From an uncultured Candidatus Saccharibacteria bacterium (GTDB taxonomy: Bacteria > Patescibacteriota > Minisyncoccia > Phycocordibacterales > UBA918): a stretch of 64,000 bases of DNA. Below are positions 47,174-57,500 of this stretch, in pieces (the stretch's first letter is position 1; each line of letters begins with the position of its first letter). Both the position numbers and the translations under genes were made by a program. The stretch is taken from positions 64,120-128,119 of the forward strand of contig CAZKFF010000001.1 of assembly GCA_964552045.1 (NCBI GenBank), given 5' to 3'. The notes below the pieces were generated by a model that saw nothing but the letters and a program-made list of their open reading frames with translations, was not told the origin of the DNA and did no database searches.

Positions 47174-48262
47174 TTACTTAGACTTTCGTTTAAACTCGAA
47201 ATTTCGTGCAAAGAAGCGAATTATGAAGAAGACGAGGAAGAGTCCGAGGAATACCGGCAATACGATCTTCCACGGAAGCACCCAGAAGGTTATGGTCTGC
47301 GTATCGATAATGTCATCATACCCGCGGTTGATGTGTGCAGTTGCTGTGTACTTGCCGATGAGCAGCTCACGGTTCCAGGAGATCTCCCGCGAACGCAGCG
47401 ATTTCGGCAATGCAAACCACGGATCAAGCTCAACGAAGCCGACCTCCTCATTGAAGAGGTTCGTAATCCTGATCTCTCCGTACGGATTCAGGTGGAGGTC
47501 TCCTTTGTTCTCGTACAGTATCTGAAAATTGATCGGGCCTTCAGTGAAGAACTGCTGATCGGGTACCGTAGCAAAACTGTGCAACTCTCCTGCTATCTCC
47601 GTTTCTCCAGGAATGGTCAAGAAAAAAAGCGTTCCTACACGGGAAATGATAGCTGAAGACGGTGAGGCACCATTCGTTTCAGCAATGTCGGCCTTCTTCG
47701 AAACGGTTGTAACAAGCACACTGCCGTAGCGTCCGCCCGGTTCAGCATTTGGAGGGACTGCAACAGTTACTGGAATACGAGCCCGTTGATTGTGTTTAAG
47801 CGTCAGCTTCTTGGTCGGAAGCTGTATATAGTCTTTGAGCGTATAGGGACCCCTGTCATCACCGAGAAGCACGACAGGTGTCCGAGGATCATCGGAGCCG
47901 GTTGCGTCTTCAACAAACAGTTCAAACTCGCGTTCCTCGCCTGTTCTGTTTGAGACGATGATCTCAACAGTCTTAGATGAGCCGGGAGCGACCGTGAGTT
48001 CAGTCTTGCCCGGTCCGACCACAAAGTCACCAGGAACCTCGTCCGACGCAGAGGTGAGCATTTCGGTTGAGTATCCGGCCTGGGCAGGAGTTTGAACGGT
48101 TCCGGCCTCCTGGGTAGGATCCCCTTCCATAGCGTCTGTGCCAGTTGCTGTTTCCTGTGCAGAAGCCGGAAGGCCGCCGAGCAGCATGGCTGCAAACAAA
48201 ACAACAACTACCGCACACACAGAGGCGGTAGTTGCTGTCTTAAAGGAGTGACCATTCATCAT
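47174..48262 (-). CDS. cell-surface protein with N-terminal signal peptide and C-terminal TM anchor + basic tail
   Basis: Signal ...VCAVVVVLFAAMLLGGLPASA. C-terminal LPVFLGLFLVFFIIRFFARNFEFKRKSK. Architecture resembles DUF916/DUF3324-type surface proteins (inference). Confidence 0.55.
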   Translation of the reverse strand: MMNGHSFKTATTASVCAVVVVLFAAMLLGGLPASAQETATGTDAMEGDPTQEAGTVQTPAQAGYSTEMLTSASDEVPGDFVVGPGKTELTVAPGSSKTVEIIVSNRTGEEREFELFVEDATGSDDPRTPVVLLGDDRGPYTLKDYIQLPTKKLTLKHNQRARIPVTVAVPPNAEPGGRYGSVLVTTVSKKADIAETNGASPSSAIISRVGTLFFLTIPGETEIAGELHSFATVPDQQFFTEGPINFQILYENKGDLHLNPYGEIRITNLFNEEVGFVELDPWFALPKSLRSREISWNRELLIGKYTATAHINRGYDDIIDTQTITFWVLPWKIVLPVFLGLFLVFFIIRFFARNFEFKRKSK

Positions 48263-48277
48263 TAGAATGATTTTATG

Positions 48278-48964
48278 CTAGTTAGTTGTGGCGGTCAACG
48301 TAGCAGTTGCTGTGTAAAATCCGGTTGAAACTGCAGGACTTGGATTGGAAGGCACCAGAACGCGGAAGCCGATTGTGGTTGTTGCTCCTGAAAGCGGTGT
48401 TGCGGTACTTCGACTAATGATCGTTTCTGCTGCGTCATCAGGATCGAGCCAACATGTGTTTGCCGTATCCCCGGAACCAGTATTACATGCAGAGCCATTG
48501 TCTGCGAACGAAGGATCAAGATCAGAAGATGATGAGGCTGCGACCGTATAACCAAACTGTGCATACGTCTCAGCGCCGAAACCATAATCCGGTACGCCGA
48601 CAGCTGTTGGATTGTAGTTTGAGATATATCCTCCGCCGCCATCCTTTGTCATGGCAGTCGTGCTTGAAAATGCGATGGTCATATTATAGCCGGCTGTATT
48701 GTTGGTATTCACGCGGACCGTATACGAACCGTCTGATTGACCTCCAGTGAGACCAGCAATGTTTGGAGACATAACCACATCAGTTGATGTTGCGATGAAG
48801 GCGATCTCAGCAGTGATCTCCTGGGTCACTTCAAATGTATCGGTTGCCTGAGCCAGTCCTACCTGCGGCTCAAGCATGAAGAATGAAGCAAGCGCCAACA
48901 GCGACGCGAGCGTTGCGGCAACCAGTGCGCCAAAGGTTGAATGCCTGATAAGTGTAAGGGTCAT
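48278..48964 (-). CDS. secreted beta-rich protein, paralog B
   Basis: Signal peptide. Conserved blocks DNGSACNTGSGDTANTCW and ATTTIGFRV are shared with paralog A. Confidence 0.55.
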   Translation of the reverse strand: MTLTLIRHSTFGALVAATLASLLALASFFMLEPQVGLAQATDTFEVTQEITAEIAFIATSTDVVMSPNIAGLTGGQSDGSYTVRVNTNNTAGYNMTIAFSSTTAMTKDGGGGYISNYNPTAVGVPDYGFGAETYAQFGYTVAASSSSDLDPSFADNGSACNTGSGDTANTCWLDPDDAAETIISRSTATPLSGATTTIGFRVLVPSNPSPAVSTGFYTATATLTATTN

Positions 48965-49065
48965 ACGTTGTTGTGTGTTTATGATTAACTTCCTTTAATT
49001 ATAGGGTGGATTTGCTCTCTCTTCCCTCTCTTTTTGGCTCTTCTGTGGATTACTTTGCAGGCAAT

Positions 49066-49099
49066 AAATAAGGACACTTTATAAAGTGTCCTTATTTTG
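49066..49099. terminator. palindromic terminator hairpin
   Basis: aataaggacacttTATAaagtgtccttatt is a perfect palindrome. T-runs on both sides. Lies downstream of the 49120..50355 gene. Confidence 0.55.
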
Positions 49100-49119
49100 T
49101 GGCCCAATCCTACTACGGA

Positions 49120-50355
49120 TTATGTCTCCTGCGAGGTCGGCAAGACCTTGACCGTTGCCTCAGCCGATCGCGTTGTGGAGCCAAGTGTGCATTCGAGCGT
49201 GTACGTTGATTCCGAAGTGATGCCGACCACTGTTCCCTCTCCTTTAACCTCTGTTACAGACATGCCAGGGCCTTTCACGGTACAATTTTCCGCATTGCCT
49301 CCGTCCCAAGTGACCGTCACCTCACCTCCATAACGGATAAGTCCAGGCACAGCACTGATAGATATGTTGGACATCGTCAATGGATTATCTACCGCACAAG
49401 ACAAGTAGGTATATGCGCTGCTGCCGGAAAGTGTACCGTCGGTACAGGTACGGTTTATTGAGCTGCATGTTTCGCCGTCCGGAACCAGATTTTCATCGTA
49501 CAGTTTGCGGGTCGAACCATCGGCTATAGTGACGCCATTGACCGAACAATCTCTTTTGACCGTCGGGGTCGGCGACGAAGGCTGCGCTGGCGTCTGCGTT
49601 GCTGGTGTCGGGGTTGTCTTTGGAGTTGTTTTCGGCGTCGGTGCCGGGTCAATGGTACATGAGGAGTACTTGAACTTGTTCTTTCCGGAAAGATCGCCAT
49701 CGTCACATGTGCGTTTTATGAATTCGCATGTCTTTCCATAGTCAACATTCCGGTCCTTGTAGAATTTCCTCGATTTCCCGTCCTTTACCGTGACGCCATC
49801 AAGTTTGCAATCCTTCGGTTTTTCGCACACGAGCTCAGTGGTGCTCCAGGAGAAGAAGAATAATTGGTGCTTTACTGTCTTCTGTTCGCACCAGCTCTCC
49901 TTATAACAGGTTCCTTGGTAGAGGACGTATCCATTTTTACATTGCGGCGTCGGTGTGCGGGGTGTGGGATTATTCGGCGTCGGATCATCATTATTCAAAC
50001 CACAGGGGTCGTTTGGACCAGAACAGGCACTCGGTGTGCCACCATATGAGGCCTCTGAGGGACTCTGCGAGTATGAACCCTGACGGTAATATGAACTCTG
50101 CGAATACCCACTGGGAAGTGTCGCAGATATGGGCGAGGGAACGCCGAAACCTGTATCTGTTCCGGTTAAACCACCCGCATTGCATGACGGACAGCCCGAA
50201 TCAGAGAGTGCACCCGATGGATTGCCCGCCGTGCCACTATTGACCAGTGCCCGCTGATCCTCGTCGGTAAGCCGCGCGTTAGCAATTATGGGCATCGCGT
50301 ATAGCAATACGAGGGCGAAGCAAATGTAAACGTACGGACGTAAATATTTATTCAT
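49120..50355 (-). CDS. secreted Cys-rich protein with tandem Cys-bounded domains, Pro/Thr linkers and a short Tyr-rich S-Y-Y-x-Q segment
   Basis: Signal peptide MNKYLRPYVYICFALVLLYAMPIIANA. SGYSQSSYYRQGSYSQS. Two homologous modules C..DGVT..DG..RK.Y.....G.TC....RTC.DG.LSG. Linker TPKTTPKTTPTPATQTPAQP. C-terminal beta-domain ending C-T-L-G. Confidence 0.55.
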   Translation of the reverse strand: MNKYLRPYVYICFALVLLYAMPIIANARLTDEDQRALVNSGTAGNPSGALSDSGCPSCNAGGLTGTDTGFGVPSPISATLPSGYSQSSYYRQGSYSQSPSEASYGGTPSACSGPNDPCGLNNDDPTPNNPTPRTPTPQCKNGYVLYQGTCYKESWCEQKTVKHQLFFFSWSTTELVCEKPKDCKLDGVTVKDGKSRKFYKDRNVDYGKTCEFIKRTCDDGDLSGKNKFKYSSCTIDPAPTPKTTPKTTPTPATQTPAQPSSPTPTVKRDCSVNGVTIADGSTRKLYDENLVPDGETCSSINRTCTDGTLSGSSAYTYLSCAVDNPLTMSNISISAVPGLIRYGGEVTVTWDGGNAENCTVKGPGMSVTEVKGEGTVVGITSESTYTLECTLGSTTRSAEATVKVLPTSQET

Positions 50356-50366
50356 ATGATCAGGGG

Positions 50367-51440
50367 TTATTCGATCCAGTCACTTACAATGATACTCGAC
50401 TGCGGGAATGCATTGAGCGGTGTCACGGTAGTCACCACTCCGGAAAGCAAGTTCAAAAGTGTCAGTCTCCTATTTTCTGCTTCCGCTCCTGATGCTGGTG
50501 CCCAATCGACCTGTTCGAACGCAAGCCATTGGCTGTCCGGAGAAAAGACCGGCCAGAAAGCCTGTATATCATGAACCTCGCTTTCTCCCAGCGTGAACGG
50601 AGCCCATGAGGTGATGGCAGATACCGATACTGTCTGCACGAATGCATCGGTCATAGCCAGCATTTTCCCATCCGGAGATATATCGAACATGCGTTCAGTC
50701 GAAACCAGATTTTCATCCAAAACTACAGCGAGTCTGTCCTGTTTGTTTGTCACGGAGTACGCATGCACACCGTCATTCGCCAGATAAACAATCTGCGAAC
50801 CATCCGGAGAGAAGCGCGCATTATACCCGTGCGCTATAAATTGCGGTTCTTGTACATCCTGCACCAGATATATGCTCCAAGTGCTCGGCAAGTAGTACGC
50901 TTTTGTGTCTGTCGATTTCTCGGGCGGAACTTCGAAAGTGTATGACGCGCCTGTTGGTGCCTGCCGGACATTCCAGAAAGGTCTCTGTGCTGTTGTGGAC
51001 GCATACAAGACCTCATCACCGAGAGTGTCTTTAAGGGTACGGAACACAGCTACTTCGGGCGTGGCGCTCTTTACGAGAAAACCTGACCCAAGTGCGGTCT
51101 GTTTGTCGTTTGACACACTTGGCATGAAGTAATTGAAGAGTGAACGTTCGAGAGTTGACTTACCCAGGTCGAAGACAGCGAATATCGTTCCACTCGCATG
51201 TGGTTCCTGCAGGTTAAGCAGTATCTGACCCGACGGTGGCTCCATAGACTCTTCTGGAAGATCTGTATCCTCATCCATTTCAGAATACGTGTTCGTGAGT
51301 ACTGGCCCGGCAGGATTCCAGACGATCTTGATACCGATCACAATAGAAAGCAGGAGCAGAAACAACAAGAAGCATACGAGAACTATACCCAAGATGTTGC
51401 GTGTGGGCTCTTGCGGCTCTCGTGTATAGAGAAGGCTCAT
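50367..51440 (-). CDS. membrane-anchored PD40/TolB-like beta-propeller repeat protein
   Basis: TM ILGIVLVCFLLFLLLLSIVIGI. Repeated F/I-SPDG-x-x-L/I blades (FSPDGSQIVYL, ISPDGKMLAM, FSPDSQWLAF). Confidence 0.6.
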   Translation of the reverse strand: MSLLYTREPQEPTRNILGIVLVCFLLFLLLLSIVIGIKIVWNPAGPVLTNTYSEMDEDTDLPEESMEPPSGQILLNLQEPHASGTIFAVFDLGKSTLERSLFNYFMPSVSNDKQTALGSGFLVKSATPEVAVFRTLKDTLGDEVLYASTTAQRPFWNVRQAPTGASYTFEVPPEKSTDTKAYYLPSTWSIYLVQDVQEPQFIAHGYNARFSPDGSQIVYLANDGVHAYSVTNKQDRLAVVLDENLVSTERMFDISPDGKMLAMTDAFVQTVSVSAITSWAPFTLGESEVHDIQAFWPVFSPDSQWLAFEQVDWAPASGAEAENRRLTLLNLLSGVVTTVTPLNAFPQSSIIVSDWIE

Positions 51441-51599
51441 AAAGTATGTAGCGCACCTACAGACAGCACAATCAATGATAAGCATCGCTGTGGGTATTCT
51501 GCATCTGCGCTTAAACTCTCCCTATAGTATAAGCCACATCCCTAACTCATGCGCTGTAAAAGGAAGGGCGGATGTGGATTACTCCCAAAGTGAGTGGGG

Positions 51600-54500
51600 C
51601 TATATTTCGCCGCCGCCGCCGCCACCGCCGCCGCCTGCCTGGGTATACGGCTTTACCTGAATGGCATCGACCTTGACCGTATTCTGATCCGGCTGGTCAA
51701 TGACACGGACGAAGAAGTTGCCGCCTGAGAGGTCACTTGGACTCCAGCTGCGGCCCCAGGTATCGGACGCACCGCCGAGCGTATAGACTGCGTCGCTTCC
51801 CGTGAGCACGGATGTTGCCTTTGTCGCCGTCACACTTTCGTCGCCATTCCAGGAAAGTGCCACCTGAATCGTTCCCGCCCCGGTTGAACCGGACGCTTCA
51901 AGCTTCACTTCGATACCGGTCACCGTATTCCCTGCCGGCACATTGAAGCCGAAGACACTGTACGACTGACGAAGGTCCGCCGATGCAGCCGTTGCGTAGA
52001 CGTCGTCGGAGGTAAGCGCATTGCTGCCGTTTGTCCACTCATTGTAGAGTTCTCCGGTTGCGGTCGGCGCTTTGAAGCCGGGTTCGTTGCCAATCTGCTC
52101 TCCATTATCCTCTTCCCCTACTCCGCCGCCGCCGTTGTTGCCGCCGCCGCCGATGTCACCATCACCTTCTGGTGCATCGTCTCCCACTTCAGCGCTGAAG
52201 AGACTGCCGCCGCCCTTATTGCCGCCGCGGATATGCTGCACTGAGGTCACACCTCCGAGCGGGACAACAACTCCTTCAGTCGTCGCGCCCGTGCCGGTAA
52301 CACCGTTACGATTGAGGTCAATGGTCAGATACTCATTGGTATGTACGCCCGTGACATCTCCCGTAAGGACATAGTCTTTGGTCGTCGTTGCATCCCATGA
52401 TGTTGAGAATGTTATTGTCCCTGATTGTCCCGTGATGGCTAACACGCCAGTGCCGCCGATCTGGTTGTCAGAAGCGTCTGCCGTACCGTTGCTGTTATTG
52501 TCGCGGTAGAGCTTAAAGTCCCCAATATTACTGCTATCGATACGATGGATGCCGGAGAGTGTAAATACAGCTGACGTGATCGTTGCATTCTCTCCAACAG
52601 GTGCAAGATTAAAGGCAAACAATGGTTCGTCGCTCTTGTTCTGGTAGCTGAATGCATTGTCGATCTGACCAGCGGTGTGATCTGCAAGGTTTGCTGCACC
52701 ATAGATAGCCACAGTCTTATCATCATGAACGCCAGTAGCTGCCACAGGATCAAGTGTATAAGCGTTGATATCGTCACCCGTATAACCCATCACATAGAGC
52801 GTGGTACCGTCGTTGTTGAAGAGTGCCGCAGCAGGAGCAGATTCCTGTGCGGCGACCGAGAACGCGATCTCGTCGAAGGTCGCCGTTGAGATGTCGTACG
52901 GAGTGGAGAGCGTATAGGCATTGATGTCTTGTCCTGTTAAGCCCACAACATACAATACAGTACCGGTGTTGTTGAAGAATATATCAGAGGGGGCGTTTTC
53001 TTCTGAAAGGACCGAGAACGCGATCTCGTCGAAGGTCGCCGTTGAGATGTCGTACGGAGTGGAGAGCGTATAGGCATTGATCTCCCCACCAGATGCTTGC
53101 ACAACATACAGGACGGTACCGGTGTTGTTGAATTCCATATCATAGGGGAAGGATCCCTCTGCCGAAACCGAGAACGCGATCTCGTCGAAGGTCGCCGTTG
53201 AGATGTCATACGGAGTGGAGAGCGTATAGGTATTGATGTCGAGACCAGAAGTACCCATCACATAAAGAACGGTGCCGGTGTTATTGAAGAGCATTGAACG
53301 GGGGTTGATTTCCTGTGCGGCGACCGAGAGAGCGATCTCGTCGAAGGTGGCAGTTGAGATGTCATACGGAGTGGAGAGCGTATAGGCATTGATGTCATCA
53401 CCGGTAGAACCCATCACATAGAGCGTGGTACCGTTGTTGTTGAAGAGCATTGCACGAGGAGCGTCTTCTTGTGAAGAGACAGAAAGGGAGATTCCATTGA
53501 AGATGGCAGTTGAGACATCGTATGAACCTGACTCTTGATCAACAACAAACGACAGCGTCGATGTTGGCGCAGCAAGTGCGTTAAATTGTGTAAATGAAAG
53601 CCCCGAAATAGTGAGGGTATCCCCTCCTGAGAAGTCATTCGAGACGGGTACGACGAGTGTGGCACCGCTGTCCTCATACGAAACAGGATTAGAGACTTTG
53701 CCTGAGGCGGTTCCTCCAAAGACTGCAGTGGTATCGGTCGTATCCCACTTCATATTTGTCTTTGTAGTGTCAATGGTAATACGAAGGTCATTCGCTGCCG
53801 TAATCGTCGGGGTCTCGGCGTCGGTTATGGTAATGGCGGCAATAGACGTGGTCGCCTGGCCGTATCCAAAGATCTGGTTCGATGCTGAGGAAATCGTCCC
53901 CGCCCCGCCTCCACCTGCTGGCGCTGTGATGTCCCAGCAGTCGTTATTGCCGCTGTCGGTCGAGCTGGCTGCAGTGATGGTGCTTGCGCTGTCGCATGCG
54001 TTTGAGTCCATCACATCGACATACGTAACGGATATCTGGGTATCTGCATCGAGGCCCCACTGGGTTCCGTCCTGTGTTGAACGGAGTACGATCTCGTCAT
54101 TCTCTGCGCCGTCTATCTGTATAGAGGCGAAGGTTGAGGTCGCATCCGCAGGGAATTCCAGAGTAATACCGGGAGTGATCGCTACCAATTTTGCAGCCTC
54201 TACCGGATCAGTGAAGGTGGTGACCGGAACTCCGCCAGTATTGCCGGGCGAAGTCATCACGAGATCGGTACCAGATTGCGCTACCGCAACAAACGTACCG
54301 TTGCCGTAGGTCACTGACCGCCAAGAACTCGCTGCTCCTTCTTGTCGAGCAGTCCACGTGATTCCGTCAGGCGAGGTCATCACTTGATCAGTGCCACCGA
54401 GAGATACCGCAACAAACAGGCCGTTGCCGTAGGAAACGGAATGCCAGAAGGAAGCTTCTGTCGCCGAATGCGAGGTCCACGTGATGCCGTCCTCTGAGCT

Positions 54501-57500
54501 CATGACTCGGTTGGTGCCGGCTTGCGCGACGGCCACGAACGTGCCATTGCCATGCACCACGGAAATCCATGAACTTGCTTCAGCAGCACGTGCCGTCCAG
54601 GTGATGCCGTCAGGAGAGGTCATGACGCGGTTGGTGCCATCTTGAGAAACAGCGACAAATAAGCCATCGCCGTAGGTTACAGAAGTCCATGTGTTCGCCT
54701 CCGTTGCGGATCGTGCCGTCCACGTAATGCCGTCAGGAGAGGTCATGACGCGGTTGGTGCCGTCGGAAGAAACAGCGACAAACAGGTCGTCGCCGTAGGT
54801 GACTGATCGCCACTGGTTCGCTTCTGCGGCTGTGCGTACAGTCCAGGTAATGCCGTCGGGCGAGGTCATGACGCGGTTGGTGCCATCTTGAGAAACAGCA
54901 ACAAATAAGCCATCGCCGTAGGTGACTGATCGCCACTGGTTCGCTGCTGCGGCTGTGCGTGCAGTCCAGGTAATGCCGTCGGGCGAGGTCATGACGCGGT
55001 TGGTGCCCGTGAGTGCTACCGCGACGAACTGGCCGTTGCCGTAGGTGACTGAGTGCCACTGGTTCGCTTCTGCGGCTGTGCGTACTGTCCATGTTTGTCC
55101 GCCTTCGACCACTGGCGTATCCACTGAAGCGACCTCAAGCGTACCGAAGCTGGAGCTGCCGGTCAGGTTCCCACTGAAGGTTTGTGTGCCTCCATGTATG
55201 GTCGTCGTACCGTTCCCCCAGTCTATGGTCCCATTGTTCTCATAATCACCCGCAATCGAGAACTGCGACGGTGCTGTTACATACGTGTCCTCTGTAATGC
55301 TCAAGTCACTGGTCGAAGCATTGTTGGCAAACACCACTTCGCCGAGGAGCTCCCCGTCTGCAGAAGTCATGACGCAGTTTGTGGTACAGGTCGCTCCTGC
55401 GCTTGTCTGCTGTGCAATCGCGACAAATTTATTTTCTCCGTAAACAATATCCCACCATTTATTGACATTTATCGATGCGCGAGGTGTCCAATTTGCTCCA
55501 TTGTCACTAGAGGTCATGATCTGGTTTGTGCCGTCAGGTGAGACCGCAACAAAGAGGCCGCCGCCGTACGTGACTGACTGCCAGCTGTTCGCTTCATATC
55601 CGCTCGATACAATACTCCATGTGATGCCATCCTCTGAGGTCATGACATTATCATAGGCAACCGCGACAAACGTGCCACCGCCGTATCCCAAGCCGTACCA
55701 TGTACTACCCGGCACATTGCGCGATGTCCACGTGATGCCGTCGGGCGAGGTCATGACCAGATCGGTCCCCGTCGATGCGATCGCCACGTAGAGGCCTTCT
55801 CCGTAGACCACTCTCTCCCATTTGTTTGCCGCCGCAGCAGTACGTGCAGTCCACGTGATGCCGTCGGGCGAGGTCATGACGCAGCTGGTGCTGCAGGTGG
55901 CCGTACCATCGATATTGTTGTGGGCAATCGCAACAAACTGCCCTCCTCCATACGTTACCGAGTACCATTCGTTCTGCGCAGCTGCTGACCTGTTGGTCCA
56001 CGTGACTCCGTCAGGTGAGGTCATCACCTGATTGGTGCCGTTGCCAGCAACCGCAACAAACAGGCCTTCGCCATAGGTCAGGCTATTCCACGAGTTCGCC
56101 TGCGATGCTGAACGAGAGGTCCACGTGATGCCGTCAGGCGAGGTCATGACGCGGTTGGTGCCCGTGTATGCAAGCGCAACAAATGTGCCGTTGCCGTAGG
56201 TTATCGCAGACCAGGTACTGTTCTCCGATTGATTTTGTGCTGTCCAGTTCGCCCCGTCCGGTACGAACAGCTGCGGGGCATCAATGGTAATATCGTTGAA
56301 TGCCGAGCTTCCCGTCATGTTGCCCGAGAGAGTTGTCGTACCCGTGTAGGTTGTGGTTTCTGAGTAATCAAGACTGTACGGGAAAATATCCGAGGCAGAC
56401 TCTCCGTGGACATACATCTTCGAACCGTCGGGTTTGAACTCAAAACCATCAGGGAAGTCCTCCTGACTCGTAACCGAGATTGAAGTTCCGTCATATACTG
56501 CCGTGGTGACATCCCACGGGGTTGAAAGCGTGTATGGGGAGATATAGTCGTTGAGATAACCGCTGACGAACATCTTCGTTCCATCGTCGTTGAAGGCCAC
56601 ATCCTGGATATTCGTCTGCTGTGTATTGACCGAGAAGGACTTGCTGTCGTAGCTCGCACTTGAGATATCCCACGGGGTTGAAAGCGTATACGAATAGACC
56701 CGATTGTTTGCATCACCGCCGATGTACATGCGCGTGCCATCCTGCTTGAAGGTCATACCGAATGGTGTTGCATCCTGCGTCGTTACTGAAAAACTGACAC
56801 TGTCGTAGCTTGCTGTGGTGACATCCCATGCAGAAGACAGTGTGTACTGGAAGACGCGGTCATTGCCGGAACCGAGCGCAAACATCTTCGTACCGTCGCT
56901 TGAGAACGAGACTTTTTCGACAAAGCTATCCTGGGATGCAGTTGAGAATTCATTGACGTAACTCGCTGTGGTGACATCCCATGCAGAAGACAGCGAGTAT
57001 TCGGCAACGGCATCGCTGTTGTAGCCGTTGATGAAGAATTTCGTGCCGTCAGGCTTGAATGCGAGGCTTGTCACCTGCGACTCCTGCGAGGTCACCGAGT
57101 ACGCCACACCATCATAGGTTGCGGTGGTGATGTCCCAACTGGCAATCGCTGTTGTTGACGCTGTGGTGGTCCCGACAATATAGGTGAGGCCGCTTCCGCT
57201 GTCGAAGGTGCCGTTATTGGTGTAGTCGCCGGTTATGGTGAGCACCTCCGGCGCTTCCACAGTCGCGCCCGAAGCGATCGTAAAGTCGCTCGTCGAGGCA
57301 TTATCAGAGAACGTCTTAGTGCCATTTCCGGAGAAAGAGACTGCATTGAATGCGCTCGATCCGGTCATGCCGCCCGAAAACGCTTGTATGCCTGAACCGT
57401 CGAAATTGACGATACCGTTATGATGCGCGAAGACGCCGGTGTTCGCATAGTCGCCAGAGATCGTCAATTCAGCCGGAGCGATAAGCGTCGTCTGTCCGCC

